DNA of 64,000 bases, taken from contig CBDFKD010000002.1 of the NCBI GenBank assembly GCA_965248695.1, positions 1,024,001-1,088,000 of the forward strand, in the 5' to 3' direction. The notes under the pieces were generated by a model. The model saw only the letters and a program-made list of their open reading frames with translations, did not search any database and was not told the DNA's origin. Made by a program: the position numbers and the translations under genes. This DNA comes from Acidobacteriota bacterium. Lineage in GTDB: Bacteria; Acidobacteriota; UBA890; WLXD01. This document shows positions 41,508-51,943 of this stretch, piece after piece (position 1 is the first letter of the stretch; every line of letters starts with the position of its first letter).

Positions 41508-42503
41508 TTACCCCGTTTCGGTGGACAGTTGAACGCTTGGATTTGAGGTCGTAGTCGTAGTGCTGTGGGAACTCGTGGGAGCCGCAGAGCGGCTTCCAAG
41601 TGGCGGTGCGGATCGCGGCGCGATCTGCATGGGTACGGCAGTTTCCACAGCCGGTGACGGGGTCTCGGAGTAGCTCCTCTCGTAGGCGATTGGGGATTGG
41701 TTTCCGAGCGCCGAGTGGCGCCGTCGTGGGTTGTAGAACCCCTCGATGAACTCGAACACGGCCATGCGGGCTTCGACCTGGCTCTTGAAGCTCTGCCGCC
41801 ATAGCAGCTCCGTCTCTAGCGTCGCGAAGAAGCTCTCGGCCATGGCGTTGTCGTAGCAGTCGCGAGCTGATCCGGTCGAGGGACGTACACCGAGCTGCTT
41901 GCAGCGGTGGCCGAAGGCGATCGAGGTGTATTGCGTGCCCTGATCAGAGTGGTGGATCACGCTCTCAGGTCGGCGTTGCCAGATCGCCATGTTGAGCGCC
42001 TCAAGCACCAGTTCGGTACGCAGGTGGTTGGCCATCGACCAGCCCACCACCCGCCGGCTGAAGGCATCCATCACCACCGCCAGGTACAAGAACCCCGACC
42101 ACGTAGAGACGTACGTGATGTCGGCAACCCACAGGCGATCGGGTGCACCGACCGCGAAGTCACGTTTCACCAGATCGGGCACCGGCTGCGCGTCAGTACT
42201 GCGGCGCGTCGTGCGCAGCCGACGGCGGCGGCTGACACCCTCCAGCCCCGCCTGGCTCATCAGCCGTGCCACGCGTTTGCGCCCCACCCGAACGCCGTCG
42301 GCGGCCAGTTCCGCGTGTACCCGAGGCACGCCATAGGTCGCACGGCTAAGTCGATGGATCGTCTCGATCTGCTCACGCAGCTGTGCATCCTGTCGTGCTC
42401 GCATACTGCTAGGGCGTTGTCGCCACGCGTAGTAGCCGCTGGTGGAGACCTCCAGCACTCGGCACATCGTGGCGATCGGATAGCAGGCCTGGTGAGCTCT
42501 CAC
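41508..42503 (-). CDS. IS3 transposase OrfB (DDE)
   Basis: WVADITY, HHSDQGTQY and DNAMAESFFATLETE. GTGA overlap with OrfA. Confidence 0.93.
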   Translation of the reverse strand: MRAHQACYPIATMCRVLEVSTSGYYAWRQRPSSMRARQDAQLREQIETIHRLSRATYGVPRVHAELAADGVRVGRKRVARLMSQAGLEGVSRRRRLRTTRRSTDAQPVPDLVKRDFAVGAPDRLWVADITYVSTWSGFLYLAVVMDAFSRRVVGWSMANHLRTELVLEALNMAIWQRRPESVIHHSDQGTQYTSIAFGHRCKQLGVRPSTGSARDCYDNAMAESFFATLETELLWRQSFKSQVEARMAVFEFIEGFYNPRRRHSALGNQSPIAYERSYSETPSPAVETAVPMQIAPRSAPPLGSRSAAPTSSHSTTTTTSNPSVQLSTETG

Positions 42504-42814
42504 GAACCCGAAGACTTCTTGGGTACTGCGCCGGTCTCCCGAGCGAACCAGGCCGCGGCTTTTGCCAGGATCTCCCGCTCCGTCTTCAACTGGCGGTTTT
42601 CCCGGCGTAGCCGCCGTAGTTCTTCCTTGTCCTGGCTACTCAGGCCAGCCGCGCTAAGCCCGTCATCTCGATCCGCCTGCTTGATCCATGTACGGATCGT
42701 CCAGTACGAGGGCTCGAACTCCTCGGCGAGCTCCTGCACGCTGCGTCCTGCCCGCGCTAGCTCGACGATCTGCCGACGAAACTCCGGCGGATAAGGCGGT
42801 CGTGTTCTTCGCAT
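42500..42814 (-). CDS. IS3 transposase OrfA (HTH)
   Basis: YPPEFRRQIVEL and ELRRLRRENRQLKTEREILAKAAAWF. Confidence 0.92.
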   Translation of the reverse strand: MRRTRPPYPPEFRRQIVELARAGRSVQELAEEFEPSYWTIRTWIKQADRDDGLSAAGLSSQDKEELRRLRRENRQLKTEREILAKAAAWFARETGAVPKKSSGS

Positions 42815-42868
42815 CGCAGACTCCTTTGGCGTTAGCCATAAGGTGTCCACGGAAGCGGATCAACTCCA

Positions 42869-43466
42869 CCTCTTGTGATTCACTCGCCACCCCTCACGGG
42901 CCAACAGAACCGTGATCCGACGGTACCCATAGCGCCCGTACTGCGTCGCCAACTGGGTCATCCGTTTCACCAGCGTTGTTTCGTCTTGCGGCACCCTGGC
43001 TCGATACTGCTGCGTCGAGCGCACCTGGCCCAGGACTCTGCAGGCTCGCCTCTCGGACACACCCAGCCACTGCTGCGCCTGTTGCACCGCCCGGCGTCGT
43101 CGTGCCGGGCTCAGAAGTTTCCCGACGAAACCTCTTTGAGGATGGCGTTGTCGAGCATCGTCTCCGCCAGCAACTTCTTGAGCCGGCCGTTTTCCCGCTC
43201 CAGCTCCTTGAGTCGCCGTGCCTGATCCACCCTCAGTCCACCGTACTCCTTGCGCCACCGGTAATACGTGTTCTCGCTGATTCCCAGCTTCCGACACGCC
43301 TGTGGTGTCTTGGCTCCCTGCGCCAGCTCGATCTCTGCCTCCCTGAGCTTGGCGATGATCTGCTCCACGGTGTAGCGTTTCCGGGCCATTTCTCCCCCTT
43401 CCCGAGCCTTCCTGAGAGCCTCAAATCCTAACTCTCATACCGGCCCGATTATTGGGGGGCAGGTCA
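42869..43466 (-). mobile_element. Truncated IS3-family (IS407-like) element, third type
   Basis: One end GGGGGCAGGTCA, intact orfA at 43111-43389, GGGAAAC shift site, and orfB cut at VNHKR by the adjacent IS. Confidence 0.88.
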
Positions 43467-43990
43467 CACCTTGTTGAGCACGCCCATCGCGAGCCGATCG
43501 ATCGCACGACGCTTCCGGATCGGAAGCCGAGGGCTGAAATCGACGCTCCCAGACTTGAGCACTCCCAGCGGGAGCGTCACGACGACCCGATCCGCCTCGA
43601 AAGTGGCTCGCTCGGTGTGCACCCGGACTCCGAACGCACCGTGCTCGATCGCTTGGACCACGGTCGACACATGGACCGTCAGGCCGGCGGCCAGCGCATT
43701 GATGATCGCATCGTATCCGCCCGGAAAGACGACATCGCCGCCACCGAACCCCGAACCCTCGTCGAGGCCCCGAACTGACAGCTCGGACGCATCGGCAGCC
43801 CACTCCAGCTCTACGTAGCTGTTGAGCAGGTAGTCGAGCTGCCGGTCGTCGAGTGACGGTAGGTCCCCTGCCTGGCGCGCCGCGTCGACCATGCTCTGAG
43901 TGGTCGCGTTCGGAGATCGACCGACGAACTCCCGCGTATACGAGCGCAGCACGCGCTCCCACTCGTTGTACTGCGTGCCGCTGAGCGGAT
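43467..43990 (-). repeat. 524-bp inverted duplicate of 44540-45063 (internal part of the amine oxidase gene)
   Basis: Reverse complement of 44540-45063, with one synonymous difference noticed (GCC/GCG Ala codon). Confidence 0.93.
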
Positions 43991-44160
43991 GCTTTGGCGG
44001 TGATCATCATCGCGTCTCCGGTTGAGCCCGGTATCCGTTCGCCGGCGCTGCGTCACTCGTGACGGCCCGTGGACGTGAATCGGATCCCGCCGTCAGGCTA
44101 TTCTCCCATGACGGCGCGTTCCGAACGTCGTTACGATCCCGCAAGCCAAGAGAGGAGCAC

Positions 44161-45537
44161 TTGAGCCTTCGTCGAATCGCGTTCGGGCTGGTGTGGCTGG
44201 CGGCAGCCGCATCCGCCGGCGCGGGCGCCACGAACGCGGTCGGCGCGAACGACGCAGCGATCGAGAGCATCCTCGTCGTCGGCGGTGGGGTCTCCGGACT
44301 TGCCGCGGCGCGCGACCTCCACGAGGCGGGCTACGAGGTCGCCGTGCTCGAGGCGAAGGACCACCTCGGTGGCCGCGTCTGGACGGATCGTAGCGCCGGA
44401 GTTCCGCTCGACATGGGCGCCAACTGGATTCAGGGGGTTCGCGGCAACCCGATCACGGCGCTCGCCGACCAACTCGGGCTCGAGCGCGTCGCGACCGACT
44501 GGGACCGCTGGCTCGACTATGACGCCGACGGAACGCGGGATCCGCTCAGCGGCACGCAGTACAACGAGTGGGAGCGCGTGCTGCGCTCGTATACGCGGGA
44601 GTTCGTCGGTCGATCTCCGAACGCGACCACTCAGAGCATGGTCGACGCGGCGCGCCAGGCAGGGGACCTACCGTCACTCGACGACCGGCAGCTCGACTAC
44701 CTGCTCAACAGCTACGTAGAGCTGGAGTGGGCTGCCGATGCGTCCGAGCTGTCAGTTCGGGGCCTCGACGAGGGTTCGGGGTTCGGTGGCGGCGATGTCG
44801 TCTTTCCGGGCGGATACGATGCGATCATCAATGCGCTGGCGGCCGGCCTGACGGTCCATGTGTCGACCGTGGTCCAAGCGATCGAGCACGGTGCGTTCGG
44901 AGTCCGGGTGCACACCGAGCGAGCCACTTTCGAGGCGGATCGGGTCGTCGTGACGCTCCCGCTGGGAGTGCTCAAGTCTGGGAGCGTCGATTTCAGCCCT
45001 CGGCTTCCGATCCGGAAGCGTCGTGCGATCGATCGGCTCGCGATGGGCGTGCTCAACAAGGTGTGGCTCGTGTTCCCGGAGGTCTTCTGGGACCCCCAAG
45101 CACACTGGATCGGCTACGTGAGCGAGCAGAAAGGGCGCTTCACGGGCTGGCTCAACCTGGCGAGCCACACCGGAGCACCCGTGCTGCTGGCGTTCAACGC
45201 CGGGGCGTACGGAACCGAGATCGAGGCGTTGACCGACGACCAGGCCGTGGAGGCGGCGATGCGTGTGTTGCGGACGCTCTACGGCGCCGCCCCCGAGCCG
45301 GTTGCGTCCCGTATCACGCGTTGGAAGTCGGATCCCTTCGCCTACGGCTCCTACTCGTACCTGCCTCCCGGCGCTCGGCCGGTTCACCGGCGCCGGCTGG
45401 CGAGCGCGGTGAGCGACCGTCTCTTCTTCGCCGGCGAGGCCACTAGCTGGCGCTACCCCGCGACCGTGCACGGCGCCTACCTGTCCGGAGTGCGCGCCGC
45501 CGACGAAATCAAGGCCCGAGCCGATGGCGCGTCGTAG
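44161..45537 (+). CDS. Flavin monoamine/polyamine oxidase family protein, exported
   Basis: VVGGGVSGLAAA, EAKDHLGGR, GANWIQG, GSYSY, FAGEAT and TVHGAYLSG. TTG start after GAGGAG. Confidence 0.92.
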   Translation: MSLRRIAFGLVWLAAAASAGAGATNAVGANDAAIESILVVGGGVSGLAAARDLHEAGYEVAVLEAKDHLGGRVWTDRSAGVPLDMGANWIQGVRGNPITALADQLGLERVATDWDRWLDYDADGTRDPLSGTQYNEWERVLRSYTREFVGRSPNATTQSMVDAARQAGDLPSLDDRQLDYLLNSYVELEWAADASELSVRGLDEGSGFGGGDVVFPGGYDAIINALAAGLTVHVSTVVQAIEHGAFGVRVHTERATFEADRVVVTLPLGVLKSGSVDFSPRLPIRKRRAIDRLAMGVLNKVWLVFPEVFWDPQAHWIGYVSEQKGRFTGWLNLASHTGAPVLLAFNAGAYGTEIEALTDDQAVEAAMRVLRTLYGAAPEPVASRITRWKSDPFAYGSYSYLPPGARPVHRRRLASAVSDRLFFAGEATSWRYPATVHGAYLSGVRAADEIKARADGAS

Positions 45538-45632
45538 GGCGACGATCAGCCGCGCCGATCGCGTACGCGACCGGTCGCAGGCGACGCCGTGGCCGATCGC
45601 CGCTTTCCTTGCGTGCGCGGCCGTAGCGGGAT

Positions 45633-46782
45633 TGACCTGACCCCGCGGTTAGTACCATGTCTTATCTCAGTAACTCGGTGCTGACAAGAGGTTGTTGAGG
45701 CCGGCGAAGCGGAGCGCAGCCGGCTTCAACAACGTCGCTTCGGGTGCGGGCGGCCGATAGCTCAGCGAGCTGTGCGGTCGCATGCGGTTGTAGTGCTGAC
45801 GCCATCTCTCGATCAGAACCTTTGCCTCCTTGAGCGTGTAGAAGATCTCTCCATCCAGCAGCTCGTCGCGTAGCTTGCCGTTGAAGCTCTCCACGTAACC
45901 GTTCTCCCACGGCGAGCCCGGCTCGATGAACAGCGTCCCCACGCCCAACCGGCCCAGCCAGTCGCGAACCGCCTCGGCGGTGAACTCTGGTCCGTTATCC
46001 GACCGGATGTGCTCAGGTATGCCCCGGTGTACGAACAACCTCCCGAGCTGCTCCAGCACGTCCTCAGAGTTGAGCTTCCGTGCTACATGGATCGCCAGGC
46101 TTTCTCGTGTGTACTCATCGACGATCGTCAGCAGCCTCATAGCCCGACCGTCGTGCGTCCGGTGGTGCAGGAAGTCATACGCCCAGACATGATCCCGGTG
46201 CTGTGGGCGCAGCCGGATGCAGGAGCCATCGCTCAGCCACAGCCGTGCTCGTTTGGGCTGTTTTCTCGGTACTTTCAGCCCTTCGCGCCGCCAGATACGC
46301 TGCACTCGTTTGTGGTTCACGGACCAGCCCTCCATGCGCAGCAACGCTGTCACCCTCCGATATCCGTAGCGCCCGTACTGTCGGGCTAAATCCACGATCC
46401 GCTCCGTCAAAATCTGCTCCTGTTGCGGCTCTCTTGGCACGTACCGGTGTGTCGTGCGTGGTTGTTTCAGTACCCGACACGCCCGCCTCTCCGAGACGCC
46501 CAGCCGCCCCCGTACATGTGCCACCGCCTCTCGCCGCCGAGCTGGGCTCAGAAGTTTCCCTCCGCCACTTCCTTCAGGATCGACAGGTCGAGTTCCTTTT
46601 CCGCCACCAGCCTCTTGAGCCGGGCATTCTCCTTCTCCAGTTGCTTGAGCTTTCTGGCCTGGTTGAGCTTCAGTCCGCCGTACTCTCGCCGCCACCGGTA
46701 GTAGGTGTGCTCGGTGATTGCTAGCTTGCGGCAGGCGTCCTTGACCGTCGCCCCTCGAGCCAGCTCCACCTCAGCCTCCCGG
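45633..46782 (-). mobile_element. IS3-family copy (same as 27317-28576) lacking 110 bp at the orfA end
   Basis: Matches 27317-28466 apart from a SNP at 46737 and abuts the next copy. Confidence 0.93.
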
Positions 46783-48042
46783 TGACCTGACCCCGCGGTT
46801 AGTACCATGTCTTATCTCAGTAACTCGGTGCTGACAAGAGGTTGTTGAGGCCGGCGAAGCGGAGCGCAGCCGGCTTCAACAACGTCGCTTCGGGTGCGGG
46901 CGGCCGATAGCTCAGCGAGCTGTGCGGTCGCATGCGGTTGTAGTGCTGACGCCATCTCTCGATCAGAACCTTTGCCTCCTTGAGCGTGTAGAAGATCTCT
47001 CCATCCAGCAGCTCGTCGCGTAGCTTGCCGTTGAAGCTCTCCACGTAACCGTTCTCCCACGGCGAGCCCGGCTCGATGAACAGCGTCCCCACGCCCAACC
47101 GGCCCAGCCAGTCGCGAACCGCCTCGGCGGTGAACTCTGGTCCGTTATCCGACCGGATGTGCTCAGGTATGCCCCGGTGTACGAACAACCTCCCGAGCTG
47201 CTCCAGCACGTCCTCAGAGTTGAGCTTCCGTGCTACATGGATCGCCAGGCTTTCTCGTGTGTACTCATCGACGATCGTCAGCAGCCTCATAGCCCGACCG
47301 TCGTGCGTCCGGTGGTGCAGGAAGTCATACGCCCAGACATGATCCCGGTGCTGTGGGCGCAGCCGGATGCAGGAGCCATCGCTCAGCCACAGCCGTGCTC
47401 GTTTGGGCTGTTTTCTCGGTACTTTCAGCCCTTCGCGCCGCCAGATACGCTGCACTCGTTTGTGGTTCACGGACCAGCCCTCCATGCGCAGCAACGCTGT
47501 CACCCTCCGATATCCGTAGCGCCCGTACTGTCGGGCTAAATCCACGATCCGCTCCGTCAAAATCTGCTCCTGTTGCGGCTCTCTTGGCACGTACCGGTGT
47601 GTCGTGCGTGGTTGTTTCAGTACCCGACACGCCCGCCTCTCCGAGACGCCCAGCCGCCCCCGTACATGTGCCACCGCCTCTCGCCGCCGAGCTGGGCTCA
47701 GAAGTTTCCCTCCGCCACTTCCTTCAGGATCGACAGGTCGAGTTCCTTTTCCGCCACCAGCCTCTTGAGCCGGGCATTCTCCTTCTCCAGTTGCTTGAGC
47801 TTTCTGGCCTGGTTGAGCTTCAGTCCGCCGTACTCTCGCCGCCACCGGTAGTAGGTGTGCTCGGTGATTGCTAGCTTGCGGCAGGCATCCTTGACCGTCG
47901 CCCCTCGAGCCAGCTCCACCTCAGCCTCCCGGAGCTTGCGTACGATCTGCTCGGCGCTGTGCCTCTTACTCGGCATTCTGACCTCCCGTTCTTGACCCAG
48001 ATCGTGAGATTACATCCGGATCCGTTTTCGGGGGTCAGGTCA
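46783..48042 (-). mobile_element. IS3-family copy (same as 27317-28576), complete, no target duplication
   Basis: Both inverted repeats present, orfA at 47698-47976 and orfB ending at 46817. Flanks CCGG and CCTC do not match. Confidence 0.95.
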
Positions 48043-48181
48043 CCTCGTCTTTCGCGACAGAGAGGTCGCCGTCGAGTAAGGTCGCCCAGCCTGCGACAAG
48101 ACCAGGATGGAGGCGACCCTGAAAGATCGTCGAGACGGGTGCCCCCCGTTGAGACACTCCTTCCAAACCGAGGAGACGCGC

Positions 48182-48460
48182 ATGTCAACACGATCCGTAT
48201 GCCAGCTGGCCTTGTCGTTGGTCCTGTTGGGCGGAGCGCTGGATGCCGGATTTGCTCAATCGACTCCGACGGGGAGTGCCCTCGTTGCGGGGACCGAGGC
48301 AATCGGTGCCGCCGTACGGCGCGCGAACTGCGCTCGCGGCCGACAGGTGGTGGCCTGCTCCTGGAACGGCAGCCATAGCTGGCCGGCCGGCGATGACGGT
48401 GTCTACTTCGCCCACAAGACCGTCTGGCGCTTCTTCAAGAAGAACCGCAAACCGCGCTAA
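48182..48460 (+). pseudogene. Probable internally deleted secreted esterase (PHB depolymerase/LpqC-like)
   Basis: Signal peptide followed almost directly by a C-terminal-type NC...V......GSHSWP......VWRFF segment. Confidence 0.45.
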
Positions 48461-48580
48461 CGGCGTCGCTCTCCGGCGTCGGGGTAGGTGGCAATACCTG
48501 CTGCGTGTGCCTGCCCCAGGAAAAGCGCCCACCGATGCCGGTAGCGCCGACTCCGCTACGTCGGTGATGACCGCACCCGT

Positions 48581-48754
48581 GAGCCCCCTAGCCTACACGG
48601 CGCCGGCTCGACTACAGGGTAGCTTGGGTGGCCAAACCCGTACCACCGAAAGGGGCCCAAGAGACGGTTGCGCGGGAAGCCAGCGCCGGAGCGTACCGCA
48701 GCGTCTCTGTTGCTGGCAAGGGTAACATCGGGCACCGCTAAAGCCCTGAGACTC
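48581..48754 (-). ncRNA. Structured ncRNA candidate, 174 nt, 6S-like rod
   Basis: End-to-end pairing GAGUCUC/GGGGCUC and GCGGUGCC/GGCGCCGU, inner AGAGACG/CGUCUCU, and a central unpaired region. G-U pairs favour the minus strand. Confidence 0.5.
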
Positions 48755-48814
48755 AAAGAGATATAGGCTGCGCTCTCGAAGACTCCCGCAGTAGTCTCGA
48801 TGGCTTGGGTGGTA

Positions 48815-48904
<90 letters not shown>

Positions 48905-48994
48905 GCACGACGGGCGCACGCTCATCCTAGCAGGGGCGCGGTGGGGAGTCTGGCTGCTGGGTACGACGAGGTAACGGGCGGCGTGGACCCCGGA

Positions 48995-50092
48995 TCAGAC
49001 GGTGCCGATGTCGCGCGCCGAAGGGATCCCGTCGAGGCTCGTGGCCTGAGTGATGGCATCGATCACGGCGTTGGCCACCGCGGCGGCGGCAGCGGCATCG
49101 AGCCGATCGAGATCAGAAACCGCGCTGACTTCCGCGCCGTGATTGGTCGCCAGGACGAAGAGCGTGTCGCCATCGAAGATGGTGTGCGCCGGGATAACGG
49201 CGCGCGCGAGTCCGTCGTGGGCCACCGATGCCAGCCGGTTGCACTGCGGCTTGGTCAGCGTTCGGTTGGTCGCCACTACCCCGATTGCAGTGTTCATCCC
49301 GGCCGACCCGCTGCTGCGGCCGCCGTGTTTCAGCAGCACCGCCTCGGTATCTCGCAGCGTGTGGCCGTCCGCGGCTAGCGCACCGGCAATCAGTTGGCCG
49401 TCGGCGGGATCGCGAACGTCGCCTCGGCTGTTGACCGCCATCAGGGCGGCAACCACGGTTCCATCGTCGAAGCGGAAGCCAGCGCTACCGATCCCACCCT
49501 TCATGCGGCCGCTATCCAGCATCTTGCCGATCGTGGCCCCGGCCCCGGCGCCAACGCTGCCACGCGCTACCGGGTCGGCCGTGGCGGCGGCGCAGGCGGC
49601 GTACCCGTCGTCTGCGGTCGGTGAGCTGCCTCCAGTTCCGACGCCAAGATCGTAGAGCACCGCGCCGGGAACGATCGGGATCACCTGGCCGCCGAACTCG
49701 AGACCGACGGCAATCTCCTGCAAGCGGCGCACGACGCCATCTGCGCTGGCCAGGCCGGGGGCGCTGCCACCAGCGAGGACAACTGCATGCACCTGCTCGA
49801 TTGCGTTCTCGGATCGCAGCAGGTCGGTTTCACGAGTGCCCGGCGCTGCGCCGCGCACCGCGACGCCGCCCGTGGCCCCGTCGGAGGTTACCACGACGGT
49901 ACAGCCGGTGGGTCGGTTGGCCAGGGTTTGGTGACCAACGAGCACGCCGGCGACGTCGGTGAGGGTGACGTGGTCCCCCTGGCGCCGGCCACGGCGCCCG
50001 CCCCTCGGTGCCACCGGCGCCCACCCGAAGCCGCTCCCGGCGGGTAGTAATGCCGCGAACGTGAGCGACAAACGGCGACGGCTCCACTTCAT
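48995..50092 (-). CDS. Peptidase S58 / DmpA (P1 family) aminopeptidase
   Basis: [40 protein letters not shown] cleavage site and AHTIFDGDT. Possible Tat-like leader SRRRL. Confidence 0.88.
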   Translation of the reverse strand: MKWSRRRLSLTFAALLPAGSGFGWAPVAPRGGRRGRRQGDHVTLTDVAGVLVGHQTLANRPTGCTVVVTSDGATGGVAVRGAAPGTRETDLLRSENAIEQVHAVVLAGGSAPGLASADGVVRRLQEIAVGLEFGGQVIPIVPGAVLYDLGVGTGGSSPTADDGYAACAAATADPVARGSVGAGAGATIGKMLDSGRMKGGIGSAGFRFDDGTVVAALMAVNSRGDVRDPADGQLIAGALAADGHTLRDTEAVLLKHGGRSSGSAGMNTAIGVVATNRTLTKPQCNRLASVAHDGLARAVIPAHTIFDGDTLFVLATNHGAEVSAVSDLDRLDAAAAAAVANAVIDAITQATSLDGIPSARDIGTV

Positions 50093-50206
50093 GCCGATCA
50101 CCTTAGCAGGTCGTATATCGCCTCGGCCCGGCACGTACCGGAGTTGTACTCGGAGGCGCCGCGCTGGCTTTGCAGGTACGACGTGACGTACAAGGAGAAG
50201 GGGCTG

Positions 50207-50461
50207 GAGCTGCTCCCAGGACTCGCCCTCGGCATCGCGTCGAGTCTGGGCGTGGATCCGCGCCCGTTCGCCATCGCCGTGGCATTCGCCGGTTCGGCAG
50301 CCTTTTCGACGCCCATCGGCTATCACACGAACACGCTCCTTTACGGGCCAGGTGGGTATCGGTTTCTCGATTACAGCCGCGTCGGTCTGCCGCTGAACAT
50401 CATTCTCTGGCTGCTGGCGACGTTGCGGGTCCCGGTCTTCTGGCCGCTAACGCCAGCCTGA
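50207..50461 (+). pseudogene. C-terminal remnant of an SLC13/DASS permease
   Basis: [49 protein letters not shown] with no upstream part. Confidence 0.8.
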
Positions 50462-50609
50462 TCGCCCCGTTTGATGACCTGCCGGTGGGCCCCAACCGGG
50501 CGCAAAGCCGGGTATACACTGTGGCTATGGCCCGCCCCTAGGGCGTTCGGAATACCGCTGCCGGCGGCCGTCCCACTGTTATTGAGCTCTGATCGAGCAG
50601 GAGGATTTC

Positions 50610-51362
50610 GTGAAGCCCGCTTCCTCGCGCGCCGTTCTCGTCATCGCCCTTTGTGGCGCCGTCCTCGCGGCCGGCGCAGCGCCGCAACAGGACCTGGCGG
50701 TGTCCTTCACGGTGACCAACCCGGACGAAGGCAGCAACACGATGAAGGCCACCGTCGGCGGCGACCATGCCCGTCTGGACATGAAGGGCGTGTCGATCAT
50801 CTGGGGGCCGCTGGCGTGGATCATGGTTCAGCACGAGAACCAGATGTTCATACGGTTCACCAAGGAGATGATGGATCGCATGCGGCAGATGATGGAGCGG
50901 ATGCCGCCGCAGATGCGTGGCGGGGACATGCCCGATCCGGATGACTTCGATCCGGCGGCCTATTCGTTTCGGCGCACCGGTGCGACCGATACGGTGATGG
51001 GTCACACGGTGTTCGAGGTCGAGATGACCGGACCTGACGGTCAACGCGTCTCGTTGTGGCTGTCGACCAGCAGCGAGGTTGGCCTGTTCGTAGTCTGGAG
51101 CCGACTCGCCGAGCATCTCTCCAAGGTTGCGGGTCCCATGATGGGCGGCGGTCCTGGTGGGCAGAACCCGGCGGCCGGCATGGCCAAGTACATGCAGCTG
51201 GCACGCGCTCGGGGGCTGCCGGATGGTCGCGTCTTACGGATGGACTCCGCCGATGGCGTCAGCATGGTCATCGACGCTTGGGAGTACGGGCCCTTCGGCA
51301 ACTGGAAGGAAGCGCCCGACGATTATCGCGAGCAGAAGATGCCAATGATCCAGCGTCCATAG
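50610..51362 (+). CDS. Secreted protein, DUF4412-like
   Basis: Signal peptide, Met-rich coil and FRRTGATDTVMGH. GGAGG RBS. Confidence 0.65.
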   Translation: MKPASSRAVLVIALCGAVLAAGAAPQQDLAVSFTVTNPDEGSNTMKATVGGDHARLDMKGVSIIWGPLAWIMVQHENQMFIRFTKEMMDRMRQMMERMPPQMRGGDMPDPDDFDPAAYSFRRTGATDTVMGHTVFEVEMTGPDGQRVSLWLSTSSEVGLFVVWSRLAEHLSKVAGPMMGGGPGGQNPAAGMAKYMQLARARGLPDGRVLRMDSADGVSMVIDAWEYGPFGNWKEAPDDYREQKMPMIQRP

Positions 51363-51407
51363 CGAGAGCCGCTGACTATCGCCGACCAGACGCTGACCGC
51401 GGCCCGC

Positions 51408-51776
51408 ATGGAAGACGCCTCGAATTCTGACTCGCAGCTCGAGTTACTCGAGCTACTGGCCCTGTGCACCGAGACGAAGCGGCTCGATCGGGCGCGCCGG
51501 GAGGCTAGCAAGGTACAGTTTCTTACCGCCGGCCCCGATTTGTGGATCGCCGCCGCCAGCTCCTACAACGTCGTGCTGGATCTGTCTGCCAAGCGTGTAC
51601 AACACGGCTGTAGGGATTTTCTCGGGCAGGCGCGCGAACGCCGGCTTTGCAAGCACGTCGCGGCGTTGCTGTTGGCAATGGACGCCGAGGTGGCGCTGGA
51701 GGTGCTGCGCGGCTTGGCGGTGCCCTACGGTGAATGGCACCTCGAGGTAATCGCTGCTCGGGGCTTCAAGAACTGA
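51408..51776 (+). CDS. SWIM zinc-finger-like protein
   Basis: HGCRDF...LCKHVAALL. Confidence 0.7.
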   Translation: MEDASNSDSQLELLELLALCTETKRLDRARREASKVQFLTAGPDLWIAAASSYNVVLDLSAKRVQHGCRDFLGQARERRLCKHVAALLLAMDAEVALEVLRGLAVPYGEWHLEVIAARGFKN

Positions 51777-51943
51777 AGGTCCGTGGCGACCCGAAGTAGC
51801 CCTGCCGTATGGCTCCGTAGCGCCCTGGTCGGCCCAGATTCGGTGCTTGACAAGCCTGTCGTCGGCAGGGACAGTGGCGTCGGTCGCTCCCTGTGCGCGC
51901 AACCCGAGCTCCCTGTTCGAAATCTCCAGGTTCCGAAGGAGGA

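Larger units (their letters stand above)
41503..42868 (-). mobile_element. IS3-family element (second type), 1366 bp, no target duplication
   Basis: Imperfect inverted repeats TGGAGTTACCCCGTTTCGGTGGACA / TGTCCACGGAAGCGGATCAACTCCA. The flanks differ. Confidence 0.92.

Noticed and set aside
43467-45063. Duplicated segment as a diversity-generating retroelement TR/VR pair
   Set aside because: No reverse transcriptase is present, the repeat is long, and the one difference noticed is not at an adenine.
48581-48754. SRP RNA, tmRNA or RNase P RNA next to tRNA-Ser
   Set aside because: It lacks the SRP CAGG..GGAAGCAG core, tRNA-like tmRNA ends and the RNase P GAGGAAAGUCC motif.
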